Below, piece after piece: positions 23,561-37,751 of a stretch of 64,000 nucleotides of DNA; position 1 is the stretch's first letter; each line of letters opens with the position of its first letter. Where the stretch lies: the NCBI GenBank assembly GCA_036172245.1, contig JAYWIR010000118.1:1-64000 (forward strand), written 5' to 3'. A program made the position numbers and the translations under genes. The stretch is from Raillietiella orientalis (Eukaryota). The notes under the pieces were generated by a model that made no database searches, was not told where the DNA came from, and saw only the letters and a list, made by a program, of their open reading frames with translations.

Positions 23561-26500
23561 TGTCTCATCTTTTGTGGTCCGACCTGAAGTCTTACTTCTG
23601 GGGTTAATGGCAAAGCAATGGTTGCTTCTTATTTTTTTCTTCCAAGAAAAAAATAAGAAGCAACAGCAAATTGTTACGAGCATTTCTTTTGAGATGCCCG
23701 CTGACAACGTAGTGCAGGACTCGGAACTTTCTCCACTGTGATGCGAATAATTGCATTGCAAAGTGTGTGCTCTTCAGAAATGCTTGTGGTAAGCTCAAAA
23801 GTTGGAGAATATCGGATTGCACATCAAGTCAAACGTCGATTTATTCGGAGCAAGGTCACTTCTAGTAAGGGTGCTCATGCATTTTCACAGCACTTTAGGA
23901 ATGCTGTGATGAGCGTAAATTCGCGTGGTGCCTGCCACTGGATGCCATCTTTCGTTTATGGAATGGGCGAGTCAAGCTGTTCGCTCGGATTGAAATGTTT
24001 GCGGGTGCTCACACATTAATGCCGAAACATAAATAATTATTAATGTGAAACACCTGCTCCGTGCTTGTCAATGAAATTTGATGAAGGCGAACAAATTTTT
24101 AGTGATGCTATACATGCCATTTTTCAACCTTCTACAAGTGCGCGCATGTGTGCCATCTTTGAGAGATCCTCTTTCAGCTGCTCAGAACTGCAGTGGGTTG
24201 ACTTCTGTGCACACGTATTCAGGGCATGGTACACCTCCGTCTGCGCAAAGTGGAGAGAAATGGTTCCGAAAAAGAATAACATAGTAAGAACCACTTGCAT
24301 GTATGCTGCACATAGGTGAAGGTCCACTCCGCCGGTTGTGGTTGTGTGTGTGTTGCCTCAGTGGAGTCCTCTTCTTCAGATCAGCTACAAAGTTTTTTGA
24401 GCTCTTTCCACTGCTTCCGAGGGGAGGCGCCGATTTCGAATACTTTAACTGCTTTGAGTGAATTGGCGCTCTTTGTAAATGCTGCCATGGTGCACGAGTG
24501 GCTTTCTCGTGCTCGAGAATGCGTGCCATCGAAGCGCCAAGAGCAGACGCCGTGCCATCGCTGCTGCGAATGAGCGAACGGCTACTCTCTGAATGGGGCT
24601 GCCCCTACGCAAATTCCACGAAGCAGTGAACGCCGGCGACGAAGCGTCTTCGCTCTGGAAACTGGGCTCTCTTTACACGACCTGAAAAGACGTTTCCATG
24701 CATGCCTCTTTTTGCTTGAAGGTACATGAGAAATCATCATTCGTGATTTCGGACACGTCGTCGTGTCTTCAGCAGACAACGAATATAGCGGAGGTCTGTG
24801 GCTGATGCTTTGCATGCTGACGTTCTAACACGACACTAAGCTCATATGTGCAACGATCCGTTATTACGATCTTATTTTTGACAGTTGAATTCCGAGCCTC
24901 ACTTGAGTGCTCGCCTCTGGAAAGCATCTCTTATCTTCGAAATCGCGGTTGACGGATAGAGTGAGTTGTACAAGTTGCACTTTGGCCACTGCGCTCATCT
25001 CCTTGGAATGTTTGTAAGTTCCTGCAACGCCTAAGGTGGTCGTGGCCGTAAACTGTGGGCGCTGCGAGCCAAAAATTCTGTCCAAGGCCAGTACTGAGGC
25101 CCCCGAGTTTTGGGAATCAGTAGCTACTCTTCTTTTCTTGCGAAATTGAACTGCAAATTGTCAATTTGTCTTTGTCAGTTTTCAAATGTTCTGCTTCTCG
25201 CTGTGACGGCCAACTTACACACTGCTGGTTACTCCTCCGGAAGCGATGCAGATTTTGCTCTTTCTTTCTTGAAAGAGGATGGCCGGAATTGTGTTGTTGA
25301 CCTCGTAAATCCCCAGAAAGGAAGGTCTTCTCGGAAACCATGTTTGCTCCAATGGAGGAGGGCAACCACGGATACGCATAGGCAATCTTGTTATCTCAAA
25401 TTACAGGTACCATGAATGTATATTACGAAAAATGCGATCACTGATTTCAGGAGTTTTGGGGTGAAAGTTACAACGTAACACTCGAAATAAAGGGATCTCC
25501 AGGGGAGTGTCAATGCAATATTACCTGTGTTCAACCAAAAGCAGAGTGAGTCTTCTTTTAGAGTCGCCATAGAAAACACAATGAAGTGTACATGCATGAC
25601 GGTTTGCGATGTGTAAGTTTGAAGGCTTTCCGTAAAAACATAGCTTTTTATGCCTCGTATTCCCAACACTGTGGTCCTCAGTGAACTGCAAATTCCTGTA
25701 ATTTGTTTGGTGCTAGCAGGCTTGTTTGCATAGTGCCCCTTCTGCACAGAATCGTTTAATAACATTCTCAATTGCAAAGTCTATCATGCTTTTTCCTTCA
25801 GCGTTGCCTAGAAACCAGAACCAACTGGATCTTCTGATCCATCAGTGCAGCTGCCTCTCACCTCACTGGAAGCATACAATTTCTATTGAACACTTTCATG
25901 GATGTGAGACATGCAGCAGCCGAGCAGCTGACCGTTTTTCCAAGCGAGAGTCAAATATGAAAAAGTACTGATTTCGAATTCTTTGAAAACCATTTTCGTG
26001 GAGTCTTCGGGAAACTGGGAATCCGCACACACGATACACAGGGCTATCTAAGTGCTGGAGTCCCATCCACTAACGAAACTTTCATTTCAGGGATGCACCT
26101 TTGAATCGAGTTCTTGTTGTGGAAACACCATTCACCATTAACTGTTGGTTTTGGTCTTTGAACTGCGTGGTGGTCATCTCCCGTTTATTACTGAAGAGTT
26201 CAGAGTAGTGTGAATCACCTTTGCTGCTCCGAAATAAAATCAAATAAATGTGCACTGTACATGAGAGCTTCATACTGTATGCTTTTCTAACATTACGAGC
26301 GAAGTCTTGCCCACCTAACGAATGTCGACAAATTCATTTTCGATTTCAATTTTGTGCTTCAGATTTTTCTCTAAGAAAATGCCAAAGGCACACCCACCGT
26401 GCCGGGAGAAAGGAACGACTTCTTTGGAGTTTTAGAAGATTCCATGCTTTTTAGACCCCAGCAGTAAAGAGACTGCTTTAGGAATAACCATATATGAAAC

Positions 26501-29199
26501 TCACGAAGGTTGGGTGAGTTTCTACAATAGGAAACGTGTGCAAAATCCTGGATTTTCAAAGGTCACGGTTCATTTGTTCAGGCACACTCACGGCATACAC
26601 TTAATCTTTCAATGATTCTACTAAAAGGAACAATTTGATCCAAAAATGATTTTCATATATAGGCTCAACTCGCAGATGTGTACGCGCGTGATTCTGTTGC
26701 CATGGTGATGCTTCTTCCTGTCTGGCGTGAACACGTGTCTGCGCGAATACTCCTTAGTAACCTCTTCTTGGCAATTTCGAAGCTCTATTTGTGCCGCCCA
26801 TGGTAAGCTCCTGGTGGTAAAAGGAAGCGAAATGCAAGGACAAGTATTTGTAGGCATTTTCCTTGAGTAAGGTACCCACAGAGAAGATCAGGATAAAGGG
26901 TTTCCCACTGATAACTTTGGCAAGGGCAGCCGTGAAACATTTGCAGAGTTTAGTCCTGGTTACATAAAAATAGAAAACTGCTTCCTCCCTTCGATACCAG
27001 ATTGACGTCATGCATCATGGCAGCATCTAGAGCAGCATTTTTTGCTCTTTCTTTTCCGCATTCCTCTTGGCCCATCCTCGTAAATGTTTCTTTTTCCATA
27101 CTTTTCCTAAGTTCTGGACACCCTCCAATAAACTTTTTTCCATTTCGTCTGGAGAAAAGTCAGAATCCGTCCGATGTTCTCTGTAAACGGCTCTCAGAGT
27201 TCTCATCAGCACATGCTGGGAAAATGAAGACATCGCACGCATCTCTGTTTTCCAGATTCTGGGAAGGATGGCTGCACGTTTTCCAGTTTTCGTTCACACG
27301 CCATGTCTGCATCGCCGCCAAACGAGTGTAAGCAAATTGAGCAACTTCCCGAAATCTACATGCAGTTGCTCACAAGTGTTGCAGCCGTGATGCATCGGTG
27401 CTCTGAGGTTTAGTGAATTGCAGGTTCCGGTTTCCACAAAGTAGAGGGAGATGCTGCTGAAGATGGGTAGCCTGGTAGGAACTCCCTGCATGCAGTTACA
27501 AGATTCCACGGTTTGTGACCGCAGTGGAGTGCGATGTGCTGCAGGAGGGAAGAATTCGTTTGCGCTTCCCCAATGCTAACCTGCCGTACTCAATCTCCGA
27601 CGAGTGAGCCTCCAAAGCAACGCGCGTCGTACAGCCACCATGCAGAAGGATTGCAGGTTGCCTCCATAGCCAGGATGTGGGGAAGGCGGACAGAGGCAGG
27701 CGGTCTGCCAGTATAGGTGGGTTACTGGCTCACGGTCTTCTTTCCAAACTTAGCCATCAAGCAATGTGGACGCCCAATGCGTGGTCGTCGAAAGCCTTTG
27801 ATCTTCGCGTGGCTAATTGGGATGGAATTGCCATTCCTGTTCTCTGTTGACTTTTTCACTCTCCGTCCGCATCATCTGAGAATAACGTTGCCATGGCCGA
27901 CCACGATTTGTAATCGCACCTTTCTGCTTTCTTTATCCGAAATAAGGGGACACTGAGGCCGATGCTATGTTCCTAGAGAACAGCATGAGTGATTTGGATT
28001 CCCGTAACACCGATGTCAATTCCCATAGCTCGCCACGTGCACTCGTCTTCCATAGTTCTCATTGCATTTCCATGCCTCCCCTTTTTGCCAACTCTCCAAC
28101 AGTCCCTCGAGTTCACGGAAGTTGCCCTCTGCATTTCATGAAGGAGTCGCGCTTTATCACGCTCTTCGAAGTAAGAACGACGGTCAGAAAGTGCGCAAGC
28201 TGATAGGGAAGTGAAGCCCATTCCACGGTGCCCTTGTGGCAGCCCGCTTCCACAAGCAATTGGCAAGTGCGCTCCTTACCAATTACATTGCCGTGACCTT
28301 CTTCTTCATTGGTGCCAGCGACAACGTGAGTTTACGTGAAAGTCATCGGCCCTGTGAATTCGACGTCTCCTACGGGAATATTGACAAACGCAGGGAATGT
28401 TAGATAATTTGTGTCCCATTAGGAAATCATACTTGTGACCTTGTGACCAAACGTTTGGAACAAACTTTCACAGCTGACCTCACTCATCTTCAGACACGTC
28501 AATTTCAGTCTCTGTCTTGAATTCCCTATCGAAGCATGATTGTCCATGCGTATATTCAAGTGGTCGTCATGAGTAAGGTTTTTTCTCTTCCGTTTATACA
28601 CACGCTATCCGGAAGACACTACACAGAAAAAACTACCAGTCACAGTACAAGCGGAAACAAGCAAAACGGGAGTTTCTCTGCCACCTATCGCTGGGACTCG
28701 TTCCTTCAGTCAGAGTCGAATCGGTTGAAATCATTAACTAGAAAATCCCATCTGCACACGAAATATGGCCACCAATACTCAGAGGTCGCGCCTTTGACCT
28801 TTTCCATTGGATTGCGAATTCTTTTAAAGTGTACCAGCTGCTGAATGTATAAGCAAAGACGTCAGAGTGCATGATTTTCAACATTCGGACGGCTCTCGCT
28901 GCATTTCCCATGTCCACTGAACCAGCCCATGTAGTCCTTTTCGAAATGCTCTCCCACAACGTAGCCATTTTGTCGGAACACAAAGATCGCAAACATCAAG
29001 CGGCGTGGTAGCAAAGAAAGTGTGTTCTCCATGTGTTAAGCAAACTTCGATTGTAGGGAGACACAACTAGAAAGGGGAGCTGTACTCTGGGCACCATTTA
29101 CCATTTTGTGCGCATTCACAAACGTGCACTGCAACCTGCCGTTCAGAACGTCACGATCATGGAAACTCAGCCTCATTAACAACCTTTGGGTGTTCGAAA

Positions 29200-30010
29200 A
29201 GAATGCGAGGTTGCCGGACGAAGGATGATGTCTTCATACAAAGCGTTTTCATGACAGCACAAATTCGACCGACCCTCAATTCACCTTCTGACCGTCACCC
29301 AACCTCTGCCCGAATTCGTTATGACTCTTGTTCTGACTCGAGAAGAAAAATCGATCACATGGTAGTTGGATCGTGCCGCAGAATTCAGTATAGCTGAGTA
29401 TTCGTTGCACTCAGTCTGACTGAAGGACGCGAAAAGGCCGTCAGACGTCCGGCCCCCACAAAGAATGACCAGAACTCGCACTCCCACCTGTGGAACCGGG
29501 GGCTCACCATTTCTCATTTTCTCATTTCCGTCTCCGGGATGACCAACTCCATCTACGGGATTCCGATCATTGTCTGTTTCAATGGTCTTTGAGTTGGTCA
29601 GCGAAAGCGAAGCAAACATCCACTCGGAACGCGAGTCGTCCGTGCGGCTTGGCAGTCCACCCACGAAGCAGGCGACAGCTGATGGAAAGTTTCCTCATCG
29701 GCTGGTTGTCCCCCCGCGGCATTGCAGGCCAATCTCCTGGACGAGCGCGCTGGTGGACGGCACGCCCGGACGTTCACTATAAAAAATAACAAACAACGAT
29801 GGGTACGGCCGTCGGCCCTACATCGTCCGCAAACGCTCGCAGCCTGGCCAGTCAACGGCACGCACGCCGGCCACGTTCGCCTCGGAAGCGGAGGAACAAA
29901 CAAAAAGAAAAAGCGTGAAAGAAAGCAAAAATGTGCGGCACACGGCAAGCGAGCCCTGTCCGCTGTTGGGCAAGGACGAACATGCAGACTTGCCTTCCAG
30001 CACCCTCCAA
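29200..30010. mobile_element. Degraded APE remnants (+ strand) abutting an antisense element 3' end (29761-30010, - strand)
   Basis: SRRKIDHMVV and ERAGGR on + strand; U-rich UTR and hairpin on - strand. Inverted paralog of 38540-38890 and 39950-40140. Confidence 0.6.
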
Positions 30011-30149
30011 TGAGGTAAGGAAGCAACATCAAGGCTCCGTGAAATCCGATGCTCAACTCGACGGTCCGTCTTCCTGTCTCTTCTGCTGGTGCCTGATCTT
30101 ACAGGCAATCGAATTGCAGCCCAATTTCCGAAAACTGGCCCTGCAATGC

Positions 30150-30570
30150 GATTCAGCGACGACACACCAGATCCTCTGGCATGCACCCGCCATGCGGGTT
30201 CAACTCGGCGCTCACGAGCAGTCGCTGCAGGGTGCACTCGGCGGCCAGTTTGTCTCCTGGGTAGATGGCTACCTTGGTAAAGGGAAGACGCATCTCCTAA
30301 TGGCCGTCCACTTGCAAGGGCACCGCCTTCATCATTAGCCAGCCACAGTTCTTATAAAGAAGCCGAAAAGGTGCAACTGCTCAACGCTACCACCTTACTC
30401 TCGACCCCAACGGGGGAGCGAGTAAACCGGCCAGTCGACGAGCCGTAGAGATTGGCATTGCCGTACACACTCATCGGCGGATGGGCGACGGTCCACTTGT
30501 CCATCGCGTCTATTCCTGGCACGCGAGGTCACAGGCTGTCACCATGCGGGCGGGCCTGCTCAACCTCTGC
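30150..30570 (-). pseudogene. Probable peptidylglycine alpha-hydroxylating monooxygenase (copper type II monooxygenase) C-terminal domain remnant
   Basis: Collinear peptides VTACDLACQE, PMSVYG, FGFFIR, KWTAIRR, VAIYPGDKLAAECT and EDLVC resemble PHM segments as I recall them (NADISCQY, PMHVFA, SGYRVR, QWTLIGR, VTFGDILAARCV, DEMC). Stops and frameshifts present. Confidence 0.45.
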
Positions 30571-31936
30571 AGTGGTGAACTGATGGCCCTTCCCTCCTCT
30601 CCGTGCTCGGACATTTGCGTGCTTTCTATCGCATTGCACTGTAGAAGAACCGTCGACGAGCTTTTCTTCCGAGTGAACGATTAGCGTATGGCCGCAGCAT
30701 TCATAACCGTGCAGCCAAAGACGCGGAATCGCAGTGGCTGTGCTGGCCGCCAGAATACACAGCCGATTCTCCTCATGGCCATTTCCAGTTTCGGGACAGC
30801 TGGACGCTTGTCACCTCGTGCAACTACAAGCAAAACATTTCTCCGGTATCGCAGCAGTCATGCACAACCACGAGATTCCCATGTTCTTCCCATGCTTTCC
30901 CAATGCTCATTTATGGCATTTCCCCTTCCTTACGAGGCATCGAATCGCGCGATGCACAATGTCCCGCTGCAGTGGATGAAGCAAACAGCTCGTTTTCCTT
31001 CATCTGCGCTTATCTGTTTGCACAGAAACGTCCTTGCCACATTTGGGTGAAAATACCTTGTAGCCAAGTGCACCTTACAATACATACTTCTCCTCTGTCC
31101 GCATGTCCATCCACGTCCAGTAGTGCTGCTGCAACGACGCTGCTTTATGCACGTGGAGAAGGCAGAGAATGTGCACAACCTCACCGGTCCTCAACCGACT
31201 TCCTCCTCGTCAAACTTGAAGCCTTGAGAGCTAGAGCTTCCCCTCGAGAAGCTCCCTGCTTACTTCCACACATGCCCTGTCGTGGACGGCTGTTCCACAC
31301 CAACTAACCCCTAGCCACCATCACATCAAGTGCCAAACCACACGAGCCACCACAAAAAGAAATCGTACAGCCTGCCCCCTCGATTGCAGCACGCAACCGT
31401 GCCACGCACGTGTGCTCAATCGCATGCATGGCCTACCGATGAAACCAACGAAAAAACACACGATGAGTGTACGAATCACGCGCAAATACATTTCCACCAA
31501 ACGGAAGAATTGCCTCCACGAGTACTTTCGTGTCGCTCTTCAATAAAATTCCGTTTTCATTGCAGGGTACGCCCTCACATTCGTTCTTCGGCCGATTCAC
31601 TTTCACGTGTGCTCGCAAACGGGCTGCTGATCTACCCTTCAAAAGGCACTTTCCCTCGAACATACGAAACGGAAGTTTGGTAAAACACAATCCATATTTT
31701 CGTGATTCAATTCGGGCCGTCAGAAGATTTTCCACTGCTGCGGTATTCCCAACACCTTTCCAGCAAGTTAGTCAGTCAGTCAACGAAATCAAGAAGGAAG
31801 AACGAAATGCCTCGGTGAAATACCGCATTCAACATGACGTAAGAAATACAAAAACTGCACCCTGCTGATGAAATTCGGCAGCAATTTATTATGGGAACGA
31901 TCGAAACAAAGGAAGCATCTTTATTTTCGTTTTCCT

Positions 31937-34900
31937 TTAATATTCGGCAGCAAACGGATAATACGGATGATCCACAGTCCTGCAGGATCAACTTGCAAGC
32001 ATCTTTACACGTCACGTCATTCCCTACCATGCCAAAGAAATGTATCGCTTCTGTTTATTTAAGGCGAGAAGTCGGCTCATGTCTTCATTGTCCAGCTCAA
32101 AATCAAAAACGTCAATGTTTTCCTCGATACGACCTTTGTTCGCAGACTTGGGGATGACCGCAATGCCACGCTCGATCTACATTGCATCCGCAACGGGCTT
32201 TCCAACCACGTTCTTCCATTTACCTGAAATCGTATCAGGATCTGCGCGACCGTTTTCTTATGTTTCTGTGCAATGGACCGAATGCACTCATCGTCAAAAA
32301 GACTAGCATCATCATACGAAGACCAAGGTCGATCTCTTGATCCCAGTGGACTGTAGGCCGTCAACACAATGTTTTCAGATTCGCAATATTCATGCAATTC
32401 GCTCTGGTTCAGGTATGGATGACATTCCACCTGAAACACACGAGTTCCATCTCACACTACGACGTCCTGCAGCACACCTGATTCACCACAGGTCGAATAG
32501 TGCACACATCCAGAATTCGCTTCATCTGCTGGCTGTTAAAATTCGACACTCCAAGAGAGCGCACCAATCCTTTGCCAACACACTCTTCCATGGCAGTCCA
32601 CGTATCCACATAATCAACGTCACCGTATAAGAGTTTGCCAGAAGCGTCTTTGGGGAACAGCTCGTCTCCTTCCTAAGGAACAAACTGGAAATCAGCTTGG
32701 TGTTCGCCATTTCCTTAACATTCCTTGAAAGCCATGGGCCAATGCATCAGATACAGATCCACGTAATCCAACTGCAGATCTTTTAGACTTCTCTCCAGTG
32801 CAGGTAACACCAGAGCAGGACGATGGACAGTAGACCACAATTTGCTGGTTACAAAAATTTCATCCCTGCTCATCGTGCCATCCTGGATTTTCTCCGCAAT
32901 GGCGCTTCCCACTTCCGCTTCATTTTGATAGACGAATGCACAGTCGATGTGGCGGTAGCCCACGGATAGTGCATGCTTCACTGCTTCATATACTTCTGTA
33001 GGTTTCGACTAACACAAGGATTGCTAATCAGAAAAAAAAAATTGCCAACAAATACATGTTTCAAGTGTTTTCAATAAAACTTTTGTCCAATGACTTTACC
33101 CATCCTTCTTCAGTTTCACTTCAGACTGATCTGCGTCCATTCCAGTTTTCACCATGTTAGTAATTCGAAACGTTTCCTGATTACGATTGCAACGTAAGCA
33201 CCACTAGCAGTGAAGTGTACTATTTCAGAACAACAAAGCATACACACACTCATTTCTGCCAAACAGACTGCTGTCCATTATTGGAAGACCTGAAATCTGT
33301 TACATCAACGTGGCCAGGAGAAAGTGAACTGTTACGTTGTTTGAAATATCTACCAGTGATCAAAATTAGGTTGCAGTTCATGTACTTCCATTCTTACCCA
33401 GAACCGGTAGAAAAAAATAACAAGCGTTACCAACTCGGTTTCAGGGTCGAAATTACACACATGAACACCACTACATGTTAGGTAACACAAGGAATTCTTT
33501 TCACGCCCAAGATTCTCAAAATAAGCAAGAAGCAATTGGTACAACCTATATCTTTCTGCTTCATCCACTTCTTTTAAGAGAACGATCCTTCTCTGTTCAG
33601 AGCATTGCATGTTAGGGTGGAAGATTCCAACAAACATGAAACGAAATACTTTTCGTTTTCATTAAGACCATCATGAGCCCTCTAACATGATGCACACCAC
33701 TGTCAAAATTGCTTCAAATCACTCAAATCAGTACAATCTTTTATGCAAGAAATTCGGATTAGCAATCAACTTAGTTTGCAGTCAAGTAACAAAGAACCAA
33801 AAAACAAACAAATCTCGGCACAAACAGATTTTATTCATCAAAATCCTATGTGAACACTGGTATATTGAATCCACACAGTCACGACCCGAATGCATTGCAA
33901 CTCTTCTTCAGAAGAGAAAAGTAAATTAGGAGCATCTTTCAAGGCCACTTCCCTCATGCTTCCACTCCCAAAAAACTTCAATGTTGCCTTGAATGTTCTT
34001 AGTTTCCAGGTTTCAAAACCTTAAACCAGTGCATTCAATTCCTGGAAATCTCATGCTAAACATATCCAAACTCTCAACATTCCAAAAACACAAAGTCCAA
34101 ACATTAGTCTTCAGTCTTGCAATGTTCTTCTTGAATAAACGGCTCTTTAGAATTTCTCTTACTGCTCTACTATTAAGCTCTTCTTCCCACTTACCCTCTT
34201 CTTGAATTTCATTCTACATAACCAAACTGTTCCCAAAACACAGTTTATGAATTCAAATCATGCACATACTCATAGTCACTATTTCACAGAATTCCATGAT
34301 CACCATGCCAGGGGACTTCCAAATAATGCATTTCATGCATCTCTGGGCAGAAACAAACCTACCTCCCTTGTAGCACTCACTTGCAAACAAATGCAGACAT
34401 TATTGCAAAGCATTCATGCAATTCATGCACTTCTTCTTCTTATCAAAGTATCTTTTCACTTCTCCAATGAGTTGTTCCTTTCTTCCTAACATGGAGAACC
34501 ATTTTCAGCAGCAATCAAGTTTTGCCAGCAGACTCAGCAAGTGTAATCAAGCAAACCAATTGCATTCTCTCTACCGTGTTAACCGAGTGGATCTCCTTTG
34601 GACACTTCATTGATTTTCTTCAACTCAGCCATACCGCTGACCCTTCTACAGTAGCAAAAATCATTGCCTGGCATCGACGTGCAGTGAAAGCATTCTTAAC
34701 CATCTTACTTACGCAAGCCACAAATGCTGCTATTCACTTCAAAAACTTTACTTATTTCCCCTTCACTTGCCATCTTCAAGTCTTCCTTGATCCCAACCGG
34801 ACACACTCCTCTTTTTCAGCACTCTGCGTTCAGTGCTCCGCATAGGCGTTTGCAAACATGCAAACCTTGCCCAAGTGGCAACGAATGCAATCGAATACTC

Positions 34901-35790
34901 TTCCTTTTCCTTTTCTCCTCCCACTTATTTGCTCTGTTCATTCGGCGGTCTTTCATTTTCTGCCATCCCAATCAACGCATTCTCCGCAGTTTCCTTTTGC
35001 TTTCACACACTCACATGCATACAGGAATTCCTTTCAAGCAAGCAAAACAACAACTTACTCCAAACGCACGTGCAAAATCAAAATACCCACACGAATGGAG
35101 AAAATACTTTCATTCTTCTTGCCTACCCTTTACTTATTTCCTAACTGCTTGACATTCGAATTTCAGTAATCACAAGAAAGCAAAGCGCTCACCACTTCTC
35201 CGCATCCTGGCCAACATCCCCATTTGCCAAAGCTCCTCAACAGAAAAGGCTTCTTCAGCTATGGGCAGCATTTCTGTGCAAATAAATGCACGCACTCGCA
35301 TTCCCACTGAGGCATCGGCCTCGAAAACTGCACCAATGCACAGCAACGTCCTTTATCCACACACCTTCCCGAACCGAGAAACATGCTTTGCACATCTTCC
35401 TCCAGGCACCAGCCCTGCTCCCCGCCGCTTTCCTCCAGCAGCCTCCGGGGCCGTCTTTTGCCCAAGTACCACCGACCTTCCGTTGCGTGTGGGTGCCGCC
35501 CTACGCCTCGCACGACCGGTCGCAAGCCCTCCAAGGCTTCCCTCCACTTCCAACTCAATCTTCAAAGGAATCCAACAAAAATCCAACAAGCACCGCCAGC
35601 AGCACGACTGGCAAGCAATGCTCTCTTCGGAAGCGGTCACCACAGCCCCCCTTCCCACGCACGCGCAGCCGCCAGTCGAAACGAAAAGTAAATTAGGATT
35701 GCGTCCCCGAATTACCTTCCACGTTCCCAAACCCACGACCGGGATCGTCAAGCTGTTGGAAAGAGCAAGCTTTCGGCCGGCTTGCAGCAT
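31937..35790 (-). CDS. Aldo-keto reductase (AKR1/aldose-reductase-like), 6 exons, 317 aa: 35790-35716, 33008-32724, 32672-32478, 32430-32224, 32176-32028, 31979-31937
   Basis: [59 protein letters not shown] and [10 protein letters not shown]. Exons sum to 954 nt with no stops. Four GT-AG introns and one GA-AG intron. Confidence 0.93.
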
Positions 35791-36349
35791 CACGTGGCCC
35801 GCGACTCCCACACAACCAGCAAAGGCACTTTCGCGTGTCACCGTCACCCGACCACGTGCACGTACCACCAAGCAGCAGCGCAACACACGCCCCCCCCTCT
35901 GCCTGCTCGCAATTCAGCTCGCCGAATGCATTCGCTCGCCCGAGTTCGTCTCGCGGCCGTGATTTGCAGCACCTTTTTCCTGCTCTTCCCCATTTTCCGT
36001 TCATTCCTTTGCATTTACGAATGCACGAGAAACGTCCAGCAGTTGGCAGAAGAGTCATTCGCAGTGCTCGTCCGACATGGGCTCGAAACCGAAGCTCAAT
36101 GCACAATTCAGGGTTTTCGTCCATTACGCAGCTTTCTCTGATTTCCGGGCACTCGATTTCGTGAAACAGCAGCTTCTCCATTTGTTCACGACCGAACTCC
36201 TTCAGCATCCCGTATGGCAGCTACGAGACCCTTCCCGTTCACGCGTTTCCGATTTCCTGAATCCCTCCTCCTGCCAGGCAGACTGCGCCATTCTTCCTGC
36301 GCACGTGGCCAAGCAGCCCTTTCCTGATTAGGCAAGCAACTCGCCTTTG

Positions 36350-37751
36350 AAGAAACGGACGAAGGACCTGCTTAGAATTGCCCTTTGGGGAAGAGGGAGG
36401 CCCCGAGTCCCGTTGAAGGACTTGTGTGCTCCACGTCGGCATGGCGGTCCCGGCCTCTTGGCGATGGAGCGAGTAGAGATTCAGCTGCGATGGCGAACTC
36501 TCGCCATCGCAGCGAAGTTATGGAGCACCCCTTGGTGCGTTCCGGCCCGACTGCTTGCCAGCCGTGTATCCGGGACGGAGGGTCTCGCGTCTCATCTTCT
36601 GTGCCGTGGCTCGAAGATCAAGAGATGCGGACTTCTCCTGGGACGCATGGCAACTCTGGCTAAGGAAAACGGCTGGATGGTATGCAGCCCCGCCAACTCC
36701 TCCGCATGGCTGGAGGAGACAGCTGGCACGTGGGCGAAGATTAATGAAAAAAATGAAGAGATGTGGAACTGCCTGCGACGCGGCGCCTATTCCCGCTGCA
36801 CTCTGCGGAAGATACTCCAGTGTCCCGCGAGAAGCACGTGGGCCGAGACCACGCCCCTAGCTACGGCGTTCTCCAGCAGCCGCAAGCCTAGGTGCCAAGT
36901 GTCCTGCCGCATCGCAGGCAAGGAGAAGTTGATGAGCGGCTGGTCCATGGGGGAACTGGCGGACGCCACTACCCCTAGTGTCCAGCCGAGAGGACTTACG
37001 AGATGGGGCGAGCTGCTCGGCATCCAGCCGGATGACCTGAAGTGGCCCCCGGTATCGATTGGTTCCAGGATCCTCCCCCTGAAGTGGCAGGAGTCGGCGC
37101 TTCTGTTGTTGCATTGGGGTCTACCCTGCGACGCACGCCGCCACCACTGGACCAGGGGTCGAGTGGATCCTGCCTGCATCAGGTGTGGGGAGCGGCAAAC
37201 CCTCCCCCACCTCCTTGTTGATTGTGCTGCCCTCCGACCCCTGCGGGAACGTCTTCGTGCCTCCCTACGGATCCAGGAGGGCAGCCAGCCCAGAGACGTT
37301 TCTCGGCTTCTGTTCGTGCAGGATGCCCTGCGACCAGCCGCAGCCCTGGCAGCGCTCTGCAGCGTCCAAGGAGTTGTGACGTGCTGGAGCGACGTCGGAA
37401 GACCGAGCCACGACAGGGATGCCGTCGTACTTGCAGTCCGCTACCTGCGGATTGCGACCAGATGGCCCCACCTGCGAATTATGCGGACGGACCTGGAGGG
37501 CATCCTGCAAAGGATGGACCCTCCTCCCAGTGGTCACTGATCGCTTCCCATCCCTCCGAAATTTTTTTTTTCTGTGTTTACGTTTTATTTTCCTTTTTGT
37601 TTTTTCCCCCATCCCCTAACGCTGCCGAGCAGAGTCGCACCGGTCTGCGTACCGGCAACCCGGCAGGTCCTGTTGAGTTGGCCGTAGCGGGGCCTCGTAC
37701 CACGAATTATAGAGAATTTCGAATAAACGCCCCGGCGTGACCGGGTGGCAA
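36350..37751 (+). mobile_element. Retrotransposon N (type F), 5'-truncated, with perfect 17-bp TSD
   Basis: CAAGCAACTCGCCTTTG at 36333-36349 and 37752-37768; uninterrupted 397-codon ORF2 tail with zinc finger; 3' hairpin. Confidence 0.95.

Noticed and set aside
23560..29200. Host-like region with scattered short ORFs and splice-like signals
   Set aside because: I could not assemble a recognisable protein or coherent exon chain.
37722..37751. Terminal hairpin as a histone stem-loop, rho-independent terminator or HDV ribozyme
   Set aside because: It does not match the histone 6-bp/4-nt consensus, has no following U-tract, and shows no nested double pseudoknot.
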